Notes: generated from the sequence alone by a model not told the origin. A stretch of 64,000 bases of DNA from Thermodesulfovibrionales bacterium (GCA_963715195.1 CAVQRT010000003.1:128001-192000), one strand, 5' to 3'. Positions 39,770 through 51,211 are shown, counted from the first letter of the stretch. Made by a program: numbers and translations.

Positions 39770-41597
39770 TTATTCAACAGTAACACTCTTTGCAAGATTC
39801 CTCGGCTGATCCACATCACAGCCCCTGAAAACACCGATATGATATGCGAGCAACTGAGCAGGAACAGCCATGAGCAATACCGTCAAATACCGATTCGTCT
39901 GCGGAACCGGGATGCACCTGTCAGAAAATGCGCATATCTGGTCGTCAATCCGGTCTGTAATAGTTATAATCTTCCCCCCCCGGCTTATGACCTCCTGAAT
40001 GTTCGAAGCAATCTTTTCATGGAGGATATCATATGGTGCAAAAACAACAACCGGGAGCTCCTCGTCGATCAATGCTATCGGGCCATGCTTCATCTCTCCC
40101 GCAGGATATCCTTCAGCATGGATATATGAAATCTCTTTCAATTTGAGCGCGCCCTCGAGTGCAACCGGATAGCAGAGCCCCCGCCCGAGATACAAAAAAT
40201 CCGAAGCCTTGCAATAATCCTTCGCAATGGCTCGGATCAAATCATCTGATCTGAGCGTCTCTTCAACCTTTCCGGGTATCGTCAGGAGCTCTTTTATAAA
40301 ATCTCTTGATGCATCCCCGGAGATGGTGCCCCTTATCCTGCCGGCAGCAATTGCAAGGAGATAAAGCCCGATGATCTGGGTCGTAAAAGCCTTTGTCGAC
40401 GCAACGCCGATCTCCGGACCTGAATGTGTATAAAAAACCGCGTCAGCCTCCCGGGAAGACGTACTCCCGACCACATTGCAGATGCTCAGAACCAAGGCAC
40501 CAAGTTTTTTCGCTTCTCTCTGCGCTGCAAGGGTATCAGCCGTCTCGCCCGACTGCGTGATGATGATCATCAAATCAGACGGATTGATGAGCGGACATTC
40601 GGTAGCGGAATTCCGACGCAATATCAACCTCGACGGGAATTCTTGCAATGCTTTCTATCATGTATTTTCCGATAAGTGCCGCATGGTAGGACGTGCCGCA
40701 GGCAACGATGAATATTTTTTGGGCACTGCTTATGGTGTTTTCATCGATGCCGAATTCCTCAAGATAAACATCTCCCCGCTCCGCATTCAACCGACCCCTC
40801 AGGGTATCAGCAATCGCCCGCGGTTGTTCATAGATCTCCTTTAACATGAAATGCCTGAACCCGCCCTTCTCGGCCATGGACGGGTTCCATGAAACCGTCA
40901 CTACATCTTTTTCGAGCGGAGAACCGTCGGTGCCGATGACACTGACGCCCTGCCTCGTAAGGACTGCCATCTCCCCGTCATTGAGGAATATGACATCCCG
41001 TGAATAGTTCAGAAACGCCGGTATATCAGAAGCGAGAAAGTATTCACCGTCCCCCAGACCAATGACAAGCGGACTGTCTTTTCTGACTCCGACGATTTTG
41101 TCGGGCTCTTCTTTCTTGATAACAGCAAGGGCATAGGATCCCTTTACCTCTTTGAGTGCCTCCCGGAGGGCATCCTCCAGAGGATACTGCCGTGCATAAT
41201 CCTCAATCAGATGGCAGAGAACCTCGGTATCGGTCTCCGATGTAAAGGTATACCCCCGATCCTGTAACATTTTTTTCAGAGGAAGATAATTTTCTATGAT
41301 TCCGTTGTGCACCAGCACAATACCATTCGAACGGTGAGGATGGGCATTTTCCTCTGAAGGCCTTCCATGGGTTGCCCATCTTGTATGCCCTATGGTGGTG
41401 TGGCTTACGGGATTTTCTGATTCAAGGAGTGCGACGAGATCATGTATTTTCCCCGAACATCTCCTAACTTCGATATCCTGTTCGGCAAAAAACGCAATCC
41501 CGGCAGAATCGTATCCCCGGTATTCGAGGCGCTTCAATCCCTCCAGTACTACAGGTACCGCATTTCTGTTCCCGATATAACCGATTATTCCGCACAT
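39770..41597 (-). CDS. glmS: Glutamine-fructose-6-phosphate transaminase; one frameshift near 40590
   Basis: MCGI, EYRGYDSAG, HTRWATH; second frame QSGETADT...PRNLAKSVTVE. Confidence 0.95.
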
Positions 41598-41672
41598 ATC
41601 AGTAGGTAGCAGGTAGTTGATATAAGACAGGAAAGAAGTGATACATCTCTCCCCTCGTTACCTGTCTATCTT

Positions 41673-43127
41673 CTACCCTCCCCTGTCTTTGTTTTTGTCT
41701 TTTTTTTGGTGTTTTGTGTTCGTCTTTTGCTGTCTAATGTCTACAATATACTGTCTACTTTTTTGTCTTCTTAGTGCCCAGTCTTCAATATTTGTTTGTT
41801 TAACCCTGCTCAATGCAAGGGCATAGGGAGGGACATCTCCTGTTATGGTAGAACCAGCCCCGACGATAGCGCCACGGGCAATCGTCACCGGAGCGATAAG
41901 CTGAGAATTGCTTCCTATAAAAACATCATCCTCTATGGAAGTGACATGTTTATGATACCCGTCATAATTACAGGTTATGGTGCCTGCTCCGATATTGACT
42001 CCCCTGCCTATCTGTGCATCTCCGAGATATGAAAGGTGGGATGCTTTGGTATGCGGCCCGATCCATGAATTCTTAACCTCGACAAAATTCCCTATTTTTG
42101 CATGCTCGCCGATTGTGCATCCGGGCCGTATGTGAGCAAAAGGGCCAACGGTTGCGTTCTTTTTGATAACAGACCGTTCGATGAGCGTTGAATCCTTGAT
42201 AATGGCACCATCCTCAATAGTACTGTCCAGGATTCGTGCGTTTGGGAAAATCGAGCACCCCCTGCCGATCTTCGTTGCCCCTTCAATGTGCACATGCGGA
42301 TAGATAATCGTTCCTTTCCCGATAAAACTTTTTGCGGAAATGAATGCCGATGCGGCATCAACAAATTGGACCCCCTGGTTGCGCCATTGCTCAGTGATTC
42401 TCCATTTCATCAGTTGCGCCGCTTGATCGAGTTCCCTCCGCGTATTGATCCCGAGGAACTCATCTTCGGAGTCAGTGTGGAAAGCATCTATCATCATGCC
42501 TTTGTCTCTCGCGATATGCACAATATCAGTCAGATAGTATTCTCCCTTTGCCTTATTTATTTTTATTTCTTTGAGAAGACGGAGGGCTTTCGGCTCCATC
42601 GAGTATACACCGCTGTTAACTTCGCGAATCTGCCGCTGGGCAGCTGTTGCATCCCTGTCTTCCACGATCGACATAACTTTTCCCTGCCCGTCTCTCAGAA
42701 CCCTCCCGTATGAACCCGGATCAGTTGCGGTAAACGACAAAAGAGAGATATCATTTTTTTTCTTCCTGTGTTTCGCCAGGAATTTTCTGATTGTTCCCGC
42801 ACTCAGCAAAGGGGAATCTCCATTGACGACGAGCACAGTCCCGTGAAAGCGCCTGAGAGAAGGAACAGCCTGTAACAGTGCATCTCCTGTCCCCTTTGGT
42901 TCTCTCTGTTCAACATATGACAGCGTACCGGGTCCGTCAATAGACCTTCGTATATGTTCAGACTGCTTCCCGACAACCGTAATGATTTTTTGCGGTTTTA
43001 ATTGTTTCAGGGTATCGATAACGTACTGAAGCAGGGGTCTGCCATGAAGGGTATGAAGCACCTTTGGCAGGGATGAATTCATTCGGGTCCCAAGACCGGC
43101 GGCTAAAACAATGCAGGCCACATTCAT
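41673..43127 (-). CDS. glmU: Bifunctional GlmU
   Basis: LAAGLGTRM, EYYLTD, GNFVEVK, HLSYLGD, TCNYDG. Confidence 0.97.
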   Translation of the reverse strand: MNVACIVLAAGLGTRMNSSLPKVLHTLHGRPLLQYVIDTLKQLKPQKIITVVGKQSEHIRRSIDGPGTLSYVEQREPKGTGDALLQAVPSLRRFHGTVLVVNGDSPLLSAGTIRKFLAKHRKKKNDISLLSFTATDPGSYGRVLRDGQGKVMSIVEDRDATAAQRQIREVNSGVYSMEPKALRLLKEIKINKAKGEYYLTDIVHIARDKGMMIDAFHTDSEDEFLGINTRRELDQAAQLMKWRITEQWRNQGVQFVDAASAFISAKSFIGKGTIIYPHVHIEGATKIGRGCSIFPNARILDSTIEDGAIIKDSTLIERSVIKKNATVGPFAHIRPGCTIGEHAKIGNFVEVKNSWIGPHTKASHLSYLGDAQIGRGVNIGAGTITCNYDGYHKHVTSIEDDVFIGSNSQLIAPVTIARGAIVGAGSTITGDVPPYALALSRVKQTNIEDWALRRQKSRQYIVDIRQQKTNTKHQKKDKNKDRGG

Positions 43128-43744
43128 CCTCTCACCTCCGATATCTTCGAGGGCGTAGCGATACCGCCGGAGAGAATAATTTTAATCCCATCCTCTATGG
43201 GGATGTCGGTAAAATAGATGTGTTCATCACGGAATAAAGCAATATCGCCAAAATATATGAGGTTGGTGGGAATATATACTGCTTTCAGATTCGTTTCCCC
43301 TCCGTCACGTTCAGAACTCATAACACACTCTTTGGTAAGGAAACCATATGCATATACACGAGGCCTCGGATATTCAACAATAACGAATTTCTTAAATGAC
43401 GACAGCTTGCTCTCCGGTGAAAAAGCATCGACAAGCTGTTTTACCGAAGTGTATATCCCTTTTAAGAGCGGGATTTTCAGTATCAGCAGTTCAAAATACT
43501 CGATAATCTTCCGGCCGACAACGTTGGTTGATATGATTCCTACGATGAATATGAGCAGAACGGTGGAGATGAAACCGAGGCCATGTACGTGATAACCAAG
43601 AATCCTGTAGTAGAGCGGCTCGAGGAAACCGTCAAGAAAATTAAAAAGCCACCATATAACGAGAAAGGTAATAATGGAGGGTATCAATATGAGAAGGCCG
43701 GCAACGAACCTCCGCTTGAAGGTCGCCCGGATGGAGATTTTCAT
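43124..43744 (-). CDS. DUF502 family membrane protein
   Basis: AGLLILIP, IYTSVKQ, VEYPR, IILSGG. Confidence 0.85.
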   Translation of the reverse strand: MKISIRATFKRRFVAGLLILIPSIITFLVIWWLFNFLDGFLEPLYYRILGYHVHGLGFISTVLLIFIVGIISTNVVGRKIIEYFELLILKIPLLKGIYTSVKQLVDAFSPESKLSSFKKFVIVEYPRPRVYAYGFLTKECVMSSERDGGETNLKAVYIPTNLIYFGDIALFRDEHIYFTDIPIEDGIKIILSGGIATPSKISEVRG

Positions 43745-43745
43745 G

Positions 43746-44501
43746 CTACTTCCCAACTTTTGCCATTACCTCATCTGGCACATCAACGTTTGTGTAGACA
43801 TTCTGGATATCCTCGTGATCTTCGAGGGACTCGGTCAGGCGCATCATCTGCTCGGCGCGCTTTTCATCGATGGTTGCATAATTTTTGGGAAGCATGGTCA
43901 CTTCCGCAAGAGCCACCGCGATAGCGGCATCCTCGATGGCGGTCTTTACGCTCAGAAGATTCTCAGGTGATGTAACAATCTCGAAACTGTCCTCTCTCGG
44001 ATCATTTCTCATGTCCTCTGCACCGGCATCGAGCGCTATAGCCATGAGGGTAATTTCATCGGTCTTTGCCTTCTCGACGAGGATATATCCTTTCTTTTCG
44101 AACATCCATGATACACATCCCACTTCTCCAAGACTTCCGCCGTGTTTTGCCATAATATGGCGTATTTCAGGGGTTGTCCTGTTCTTGTTATCGGTGAGCA
44201 CCTCAAGAAGTATCGCAACTCCTCCGGGGCCGTATCCCTCATACAGGAATTCTTCGTAAGAAACTCCGGGAAGTTCGCCCGTGCCTTTCATGATCGCCCG
44301 CTTGATATTTTCACCGGGCATATTCACTTCTTTTGCTTTTTCAATAGCGGTCCGGAGTCTCGGATTTCCCATGAGATCTCCACCGCCGATACGGGCTGAA
44401 ACAGCGATTTCCTTTACAATCTTCGTAAAGAGCTTCCCCCGTTTGGCGTCTGCGCTCGCTTTTTTATGCTTGATTTGAGCCCACTTGGAATGTCCTGACA
44501 C
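43746..44501 (-). CDS. yebC: YebC/PmpR family protein
   Basis: GTG start [28 protein letters not shown]. Confidence 0.96.
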   Translation of the reverse strand: MSGHSKWAQIKHKKASADAKRGKLFTKIVKEIAVSARIGGGDLMGNPRLRTAIEKAKEVNMPGENIKRAIMKGTGELPGVSYEEFLYEGYGPGGVAILLEVLTDNKNRTTPEIRHIMAKHGGSLGEVGCVSWMFEKKGYILVEKAKTDEITLMAIALDAGAEDMRNDPREDSFEIVTSPENLLSVKTAIEDAAIAVALAEVTMLPKNYATIDEKRAEQMMRLTESLEDHEDIQNVYTNVDVPDEVMAKVGK

Positions 44502-44578
44502 TGTGCCCCCCTGGGAAGATGCTTCTCCTGTTTTGATCAGGAGTATGTTTTTATGATAATGCGCCGGGAAAGATACTG

Positions 44579-45949
44579 TCAAGACTCGATGTTATACTCT
44601 TTGATCTTTGTAAGCAGGGTTTTATAGCTCACCTGAAGGAGCTCTGCCGCCCTGCTCTTATTTCCTCGCGTCTCATGAAGCGCACTGAGAATTCGCTTTG
44701 TCTCTGCAGTCCGCAATGCGTCTTTTGCCACAGATTCGAGCGTGCCATCGGCCGGTGCATGAGCTGTAACAGTCCCATGGGAACCCTCTGAGGTGAGAAC
44801 GAAATGTTCAGGGGTAATCATATCGCCGTCACAGAGAATAACCGCCCGTTCTATAGCATTTTCCAGTTCCCTGACATTTCCCTTCCAGTGATATCCCATG
44901 AGCAAGTCAAGTGCTTCCGTCGAGACAATCTTAACGGTCTTCTTCATTTCGATGCAGTATTTTTTGATAAAATATTCAACCAGGAGTGGAATATCTTCCT
45001 TCCTCTCCCTCAGGGGCGGAACCCTCACGGGAAAGACATTCAGCCGGTAAAAGAGATCTTCCCTGAACTTCTTCTCTTCAACCGCCTGCTCGAGGTCTTT
45101 ATTGCTCGCCGCAACAATCCTCACGTCGAGCGTTATGGATGATATCGCTCCGACCCGCTCGATTTCTCCCTCCTCAATCGCCCTCAGGAGCTTTGCCTGT
45201 ATTGAAAGATCCATGTCTCCGATTTCATCAAGGAATATCGTTCCTTTGTCCGCAAGCTCGAACTTGCCCAGTTTTCTCGCGTCCGCACCGGTAAAAGCTC
45301 CTTTTTCATGTCCGAAAAGCTCGGATTCAAGGAGGGTCCTGGGTATCGCAGCACAGTTGATAGGCACAAATGGATAGTCCTTGCGGCTGCTGATGTGGTG
45401 AATCGCCCGCGCAAAGAGTTCCTTACCGGTACCGCTTTCACCGAGGATAAGCACCGTAGTCTTCGTAGGAGCGACCTTCTGAACAAGCTGGGCCACATCA
45501 ATAATCTTACTGCTTTTGCCGATGATCCTCGGCAGGCCGAATTTCGACGAAACCTCTTCCTTCAGCAGGATATTCTCCGTCACAAGACGCTGGTTCTCGA
45601 GTGCCCGTCTTATGAGTATCATAAGGTGATCTGTATCAAATGGTTTAGTGATAAAATCAAAAGCCCCCTCCTTCATTGCCGCCACGGCAGTTTCAACGGA
45701 ACCGAATGCCGTCATGACAATAACCGGCGTAAGATGATTTTCCCCTTTGGATGCTTTCAAAATGTCGATACCGGACTTATCCGGGAGTTTCAGGTCTGTC
45801 AGGACAAGGTCGATCTTGCCGTCTTTCAGATATTTGATGCCTTTTGCTGCATCTTTGGCAGGAATGACCTTGTACCCTTCAGCCTCAAGGGTTTCCTTGA
45901 GCATTGCAGCCATCGATTCTTTATCTTCTACTACAAGGATCGTCTCCAT
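44579..45949 (-). CDS. Sigma54-dependent response regulator (NtrC/AtoC family)
   Basis: Receiver domain, [22 protein letters not shown], Fis HTH. Confidence 0.95.
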   Translation of the reverse strand: METILVVEDKESMAAMLKETLEAEGYKVIPAKDAAKGIKYLKDGKIDLVLTDLKLPDKSGIDILKASKGENHLTPVIVMTAFGSVETAVAAMKEGAFDFITKPFDTDHLMILIRRALENQRLVTENILLKEEVSSKFGLPRIIGKSSKIIDVAQLVQKVAPTKTTVLILGESGTGKELFARAIHHISSRKDYPFVPINCAAIPRTLLESELFGHEKGAFTGADARKLGKFELADKGTIFLDEIGDMDLSIQAKLLRAIEEGEIERVGAISSITLDVRIVAASNKDLEQAVEEKKFREDLFYRLNVFPVRVPPLRERKEDIPLLVEYFIKKYCIEMKKTVKIVSTEALDLLMGYHWKGNVRELENAIERAVILCDGDMITPEHFVLTSEGSHGTVTAHAPADGTLESVAKDALRTAETKRILSALHETRGNKSRAAELLQVSYKTLLTKIKEYNIES

Positions 45950-45955
45950 GAAATA

Positions 45956-46738
45956 TTATACCTTCGCTTCCCTCATCGAATCCCTGCATGCACATTCCCT
46001 TGCAACAGGTATGAGCGGAAACATCTCCTGCAACAGGGTTTTTAGCTGCGCAGCTGCTGTATTCATGCCGCTGATAACTTCAGCGGCCGTCAATTTTTTC
46101 CCGCTCATTCCTGCAGCGACATTGGTGACAACGGCAATTCCTGCGTAGCACAGTTCTGCCTCGCGCGCGAGGGCCGCCTCAGGCATTGCCGTCATCCCAA
46201 CAATATCAGCACCCAGCAGAGAAAATACCTTTATTTCCGCCCTGGTCTCGAGCCTCGGCCCATTCACGCATACATACGTTCCCGTACCATGCAAGGATAT
46301 TCCGGATTTCTTTCCGGCCTCCAGAAGGGCATCCCGCAAAACAGGACAATAGGGTTCAGTGAAATCGATATGGATGACCCCCTCCTCTCCGTGATGGAAT
46401 GTCGCATCCCTTCCACTGGTAAGATCCAAAATTTGGTCTGGAATCACCATGGTACCGGGGGACAGATGGGGACGCATGCCTCCTGTAGCCCCAATTGATA
46501 TGATCCTTTTCGCTCCGAGTTCTTTGAAGCCCCATATGTTTGCCTTATAATTGATCCGGTGTGGTGGAATGTGATGTGCGGAACCATGCCTGGGGAGGAA
46601 AATGACATCCCTCCCTGCAAAATTGCATATCCGGTACTCGTCCGAAGGCGCTCCATAAGGAGTCATAATCCCGCGCACCTCCTGCGGGTGCACTCCTTCC
46701 ATATCATAGAGTCCACTGCCCCCGATAATTCCAATCAT
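45956..46738 (-). CDS. mtnP: Methylthioadenosine phosphorylase family
   Basis: GIIGGSG, LPRHG..H..PPH.INY.ANI, GPRLET.AE, VGMT. Confidence 0.9.
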   Translation of the reverse strand: MIGIIGGSGLYDMEGVHPQEVRGIMTPYGAPSDEYRICNFAGRDVIFLPRHGSAHHIPPHRINYKANIWGFKELGAKRIISIGATGGMRPHLSPGTMVIPDQILDLTSGRDATFHHGEEGVIHIDFTEPYCPVLRDALLEAGKKSGISLHGTGTYVCVNGPRLETRAEIKVFSLLGADIVGMTAMPEAALAREAELCYAGIAVVTNVAAGMSGKKLTAAEVISGMNTAAAQLKTLLQEMFPLIPVARECACRDSMREAKV

Positions 46739-47048
46739 GCAACTATCTCCTCTCTCCTTGCACAAGAGCAGAATGTTTCATTCTACCATATTGAATTACG
46801 GTAAATATTTCTACTGTATTAAATAATCCACACACCATGGTCAACAGACAACACAGGATGCCACCTTCATTGCTCCACGTCATTAAAGTAATACTTGAGA
46901 TTTCCACCGATATCGTAAATTTAACGACCATTTTCTTTGTTTTCGGAAAAATGTGTATGACATCCCTTTTCTTCCGGTCATGCTGGCACCATACTTGCAA
47001 TCTATGATACGGCTTCACGCGATTTCACACTATACTTTTTATACAAAA

Positions 47049-47930
47049 ATGATGCGTTTACAAAGAACATTGCAACAGGAAGTGAATTTCGAGGGTATCG
47101 GGCTGCATACCGGCAGGCATTCCAGCGTTTCCCTGAAACCGGCACCCCGGGATACCGGCATTCTCTTCATGAGGAAAGACAAGCATTCGACCATTAAAGC
47201 CTCCGTTGACGCGGTCACCGATACCGCATTCGCCACAACAATCGGCTACAACGGGGCAAAAATCAGGACGGTTGAGCATATTCTCGCTGCACTCGCTGGT
47301 CTCGGCATAGACAACACATTTATCGAGGTAGACGGCCCTGAGATTCCCATCCTTGACGGGAGCTCTATCGGATTGACAGAAATGATTCTGAGCAGCGGGA
47401 TTGCGAAACAGAGCAAGAAAAGGCCATTTTTACGAATTACACATCCAATAGCTCTCTCAGACGGTAATGCCGAGATTGCAGTGCTTCCCTTCGACGGGAG
47501 GAGAATCACGTACAGAATCCAGTTTCATCACCATCTCCTCGGAGAGCAAAATCTGAGCATTGATCTTACGGAAGAGAGCTTTGTCGTGGAGATTGCCCCG
47601 GCCAGAACATTTGGGTTCCTCAAGGATGTTGAATATCTGAAAGCGAATGGCTTCGCACGGGGCGGTTCGTTTGACAATGCCATAATCCTGGGTGACAAAG
47701 GCATTTTAAACTCCACAGTCCTTCGCTTTCAAGATGAATTCGTCCGTCACAAAATCCTTGATCTCATCGGAGACCTGTCATTGTTAGGGGTCCCTATTTA
47801 CGGCCACATTATTGCGAATAAATCCGGCCACACCACGAATCTGAAATTTCTGAAAAAACTCCTCTCACGCCCCGATCACTGGGAACTGGAATCGGAATTC
47901 AGCCAGCAACCGGTTCTCACCTGTACTTAA
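47049..47930 (+). CDS. lpxC: UDP-3-O-acyl-GlcNAc deacetylase
   Basis: QRTL, GIGLHTG, TVEH, ARTFGF, HKILDLIGDL, SGH. Confidence 0.97.
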   Translation: MMRLQRTLQQEVNFEGIGLHTGRHSSVSLKPAPRDTGILFMRKDKHSTIKASVDAVTDTAFATTIGYNGAKIRTVEHILAALAGLGIDNTFIEVDGPEIPILDGSSIGLTEMILSSGIAKQSKKRPFLRITHPIALSDGNAEIAVLPFDGRRITYRIQFHHHLLGEQNLSIDLTEESFVVEIAPARTFGFLKDVEYLKANGFARGGSFDNAIILGDKGILNSTVLRFQDEFVRHKILDLIGDLSLLGVPIYGHIIANKSGHTTNLKFLKKLLSRPDHWELESEFSQQPVLTCT

Positions 47931-48008
47931 AATACTGATTTTTCAATAGCTTAGAAAATTAGCTTGAATTTTTCCCCCCGGATGGAGTTTCATATCTGAG
48001 AAGACCGC

Positions 48009-48047
48009 AAAAAGAAGGCTGGAGAATTTCTTCTCCAGCCCAAAAAA
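48009..48047 (-). terminator. Intrinsic terminator after the lysine-rich peptide gene
   Basis: GGCTGGAGAA/TTCTCCAGCC stem followed by TTCTTTTT on the minus strand. Confidence 0.7.
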
Positions 48048-48072
48048 TGTGTGCGTGCGTGCAGATGGAACC

Positions 48073-48156
48073 CTATTTCTTCTTTGCGGTCTTCTTTGGT
48101 GCTTTCTTGGCTGCTTTCTTAGCAACTTTCTTTGTTGCTTTCTTTTTTACTGCCAT
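48073..48156 (-). CDS. 27-aa histone H1-like basic peptide MAVKKKATKKVAKKAAKKAPKKTAKKK
   Basis: AAGGGGGTG RBS, ATG...TAG, xxKK periodicity, downstream terminator; absent from the ORF track. Confidence 0.75.
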   Translation of the reverse strand: MAVKKKATKKVAKKAAKKAPKKTAKKK

Positions 48157-48215
48157 GAACAATCACCCCCTTTCCACCCGCATTTCTGAACTGAGAAATA
48201 CGGGACGCCCTGTGC

Positions 48216-48761
48216 TCAAATTCGTCCGATGAGTGTGATGCGTTTGCCTGAAAGAATCTTTCTCAGGCTGGCATCTCCTTTCTTCTTTTTGAGTCTGTAC
48301 TCCTCTTCATCTATGACTGTACAGTCGATTTTTTGATCAAACCTCTTTTCGAGGTTTTTCAATTCTCGTGCGAGTAATGGCGAGGCACCGATGACAAACA
48401 GATTAACGGCCGACTCGTCATGCCCTTCCGCATAGGGGCCGTGAAGAAAGGCTGCTTTTGCACCTGACGCCCTGAGGACTGCTTTGAGTGCACCGGGGAG
48501 GCCAAGCGATTTGGTAATGAGGTTTTTCAGTTCGGAAAACAGGGGTGATTCCCTATTGGCCTGGAAATATTTGAGGTTGACGATCTTCTCGCTGGTTACG
48601 ATTCCCATCTGTTCAAGCTTGTCAAGTTCCCTCTTGATCCCGGATGGATTCTTTCTGAGCAGTTTCGCGATTTCCCGGATGTAAAACTGTTCATCCGGGC
48701 TGTTGAGGAGCAGGGACAGGAGATCTGCCCGTATCGATGATGAGAATAAACTTTTCAACAT
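48216..48761 (-). CDS. Winged-HTH fused to a degenerate minimal nucleotidyltransferase
   Basis: LFSSSIR..LL...FYIREIA...RELDKL...YFQAN..SPLFSELK; AFLHGPYA...AVNLFVIG. Confidence 0.8.
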   Translation of the reverse strand: MLKSLFSSSIRADLLSLLLNSPDEQFYIREIAKLLRKNPSGIKRELDKLEQMGIVTSEKIVNLKYFQANRESPLFSELKNLITKSLGLPGALKAVLRASGAKAAFLHGPYAEGHDESAVNLFVIGASPLLARELKNLEKRFDQKIDCTVIDEEEYRLKKKKGDASLRKILSGKRITLIGRI

Positions 48762-48780
48762 TGCATTTTACCTCTATAGT

Positions 48781-48809
48781 TTTATACACAAGAAAATTCA
48801 TTTTGTCAA
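48781..48809 (-). promoter_or_regulatory. Sigma70 promoter
   Basis: TTGACA-17-TATAAA. Confidence 0.6.
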
Positions 48810-48889
48810 CAAAAAAATTATATTTAGGAACAGATATTGCGTTTTTGTAAACGATCTCATTTTGGAAACAATTGTTCCTGAATTTTGAA

Positions 48890-49741
48890 CTACCGTTTCA
48901 TTCGGAGCATCTTCCGCACCGTGCTCAGATTTCTCAAATCGGCTGCGCCGTCTTTTTTGGGAGTCTCAAGGATGAGGGGGATGGGAATGAACTGCCTGCT
49001 GGTAATAAATTGCCGCAGACCTTTGAAGCCGATCTTCCCGCGTCCAATGTCTTCATGCCTGTCGATGCCTGACCCTTTCTCCCTCTTTGAATCATTCAGA
49101 TGAATGAGTTTCACCCTCTGAAGACCCATATGAGTCTCAATCTCCTCCGCAATCAACCGTATCCCTCTGTCGTCCCTCATGTCATAGCCTGCTGAAAATG
49201 CATGGCAGGTATCAAAACAGACTCCTGAGATCATGTGCCCTTGAACGCCATGGAGAATTTCAGCAAGATCAGAAATCCGTGAGGATATATCCCCCCGTTC
49301 GCCTGCGGTATTTTCGATCAGCAGGCCCGCTTTCCATGTGCCCGCCTCTGCAAGCTGATTCAGTGAAGCAATTGATCTCTTCCGGGAGAGACGATCGTCA
49401 TCTCCCGATGCACTCCCCGGATGCAGTATTACAAATTCCGCGCCCAACGCATCTGCTCTGTCCATCTCAGCACGAAGCAAAGCAATTGATTTCCTCCTGA
49501 GCGCGGCGTCCTTCGATGCCACATTGATCAGATATGATGTGTGGACATACACCGGTGAGATATCGAGTGTCTGCCTCAGTATTTGAAAGTGCGTCCTGTC
49601 TGCTTCAGGGATATCCTTTATTTCCCACCCCCTCGGATTATGAGAAAATATTTGCATGGTATTGCATCCGAGCGCATATGCCCTTTCCAGGCTGCGGGAT
49701 AACCCCCCGGCGATCGACGTGTGTACTCCAAGTCTGCGCAT
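48890..49741 (-). CDS. nfo: Endonuclease IV
   Basis: GVHTSIAGG, QIF, ENTAG, DTCH, HLNDS, DRH, LETP. Confidence 0.95.
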   Translation of the reverse strand: MRRLGVHTSIAGGLSRSLERAYALGCNTMQIFSHNPRGWEIKDIPEADRTHFQILRQTLDISPVYVHTSYLINVASKDAALRRKSIALLRAEMDRADALGAEFVILHPGSASGDDDRLSRKRSIASLNQLAEAGTWKAGLLIENTAGERGDISSRISDLAEILHGVQGHMISGVCFDTCHAFSAGYDMRDDRGIRLIAEEIETHMGLQRVKLIHLNDSKREKGSGIDRHEDIGRGKIGFKGLRQFITSRQFIPIPLILETPKKDGAADLRNLSTVRKMLRMKR

Positions 49742-49850
49742 GCGGATACAATTACACAACTTCGGAAATTTTTACAAGAAGCAGCCCTGCGTCCTCTGCA
49801 GTGATCTGCCGGGGCCCCATAAAGGAGGAGGTTTGTGTTAGTATTTTTTC

Positions 49851-50483
49851 ATGATAATCATGAACTTCTCTGGATTCTCTCCGGACAATCTTATGCAGAG
49901 AGCCGTCGACACTCTTCTTTGCGGCGGCATTGTTGCCTATCCAACCGAATCGTTTTATGCCCTCGGCGTCAAGTTCGACGCAGAGAAATCACTCAGGAGA
50001 CTCTATGATATAAAACAGAGACCGCATGAGAAGGCACTGCCGCTGATCATCGGGGAGAGATCACTATTGTATTCATTATCATCTTCCGTAAACAGGACTG
50101 CCTTATCCCTCATGGATAAGTTCTGGCCCGGTCCTCTGACACTGGTTTTTCCTGCTTCGGACAATCTGTCGGTCTATGTTACAGCAGGCACTCATGCTGT
50201 TGCGGTCAGGATTCCTGGTGAATCGTTTGCCCTCCGACTTGCAAAAGTTGCACGATTCCCGTTCACTGCCACCAGTGCCAATATTTCGGGGAAACCGCCG
50301 GCTGTCGATGCGGAGACTGTCACAGCATATTTCAACGCAGAGATTGATCTCATAATTGACGGGGGCAGGACAGCGGGAGGATTGCCTTCAACCATTGTGG
50401 ATGTGACCGCTGAACCGGCACGAATACTCAGACAAGGTGCCGTCAAAAGGGAGAATATGGCAGCCTATATTATGCCTGGATAG
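49851..50483 (+). CDS. tsaC: Threonylcarbamoyl-AMP synthase
   Basis: YPTESFYALG, IKQRP, WPGPLT, TSANISG, STIVD. Confidence 0.95.
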   Translation: MIIMNFSGFSPDNLMQRAVDTLLCGGIVAYPTESFYALGVKFDAEKSLRRLYDIKQRPHEKALPLIIGERSLLYSLSSSVNRTALSLMDKFWPGPLTLVFPASDNLSVYVTAGTHAVAVRIPGESFALRLAKVARFPFTATSANISGKPPAVDAETVTAYFNAEIDLIIDGGRTAGGLPSTIVDVTAEPARILRQGAVKRENMAAYIMPG

Positions 50484-50627
50484 ACTGCCATACCTTTCGG
50501 AGGGGAGTATGAGGGATATGTCTTGGATTTATGATATGGATACAAACTGCCAATTGATGTGATCACTATCACTCTCAAAGAAGATTTGTAAAAAAGAGAG
50601 AATCTCTTGGTATTACCGGATTCCGGA

Positions 50628-50849
50628 CTAGGGTTTCCTGGATTCCTTCTTAACTGACGGCTTCCAGCGCAGCAATGAAGCAATCATCACACCGGCGATC
50701 ATGCCGCAGAGCAACGTAAGAAAGATGACGATTGCAAGGGAGGCCTCGAACTGCCAGAAAAGAAACGTTATTACGGCAGGTTCGGCATTCTGGACAGAAA
50801 AAACTGCCGCGAGAACCAAGAGCATCATTAAAAGGACGAGTACCGCCAT
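50628..50849 (-). CDS. LapA family membrane protein
   Basis: FSVQN..P..ITFLFWQFEASLA. Confidence 0.8.
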   Translation of the reverse strand: MAVLVLLMMLLVLAAVFSVQNAEPAVITFLFWQFEASLAIVIFLTLLCGMIAGVMIASLLRWKPSVKKESRKP

Positions 50850-50860
50850 GAATGGTGCCC

Positions 50861-51211
50861 TTATGCTTTTCTGGTGCGACTCGCGCGTTTTGGCTCCGAT
50901 TTCTTTACGTGCCTTCCTTCAAGCTTCAAAATCTTCTCCTCGAGCTTCTTGATTCTGGTTATGATGGACTGAATCTTTTTATCAGACGACAGGTATTTGG
51001 ATTTTTGACTGATGGTATATACCCTTCCACCGAGTTCGGATATCTCCCTCTGCACCTTTGTTTTCAGTTCGAGTATCCTGATTCTTCTTTTTCCCTCTTT
51101 GGTCAATTCTTCTGCTTTGGCTTTGGCAACCGTAACGCCTTCCCTGACCTTGACAATGCCTTCTTTGACGCTCTTCTGAATATCTTTTTTTATCATCTCC
51201 CAGAAATCCAT
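50861..51211 (-). CDS. Hypothetical basic coiled-coil protein
   Basis: GGAGG RBS; ELGGRVY motif; helical heptads. Confidence 0.65.
   Translation of the reverse strand: MDFWEMIKKDIQKSVKEGIVKVREGVTVAKAKAEELTKEGKRRIRILELKTKVQREISELGGRVYTISQKSKYLSSDKKIQSIITRIKKLEEKILKLEGRHVKKSEPKRASRTRKA

Noticed and set aside
40575..40648. glmS split as a programmed frameshift or pseudogene
   Set aside because: Normally essential gene with both halves conserved and no slippery heptamer; a consensus error is most likely.
41598..41672. glmS ribozyme upstream of glmS
   Set aside because: The gap is only about 75 nt of repeat-like sequence with no consensus match.
45308..46045. Long antisense ORFs (also 7483-8007 and 33724-34293)
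   Set aside because: They lie opposite well-supported genes and carry no recognisable motifs.
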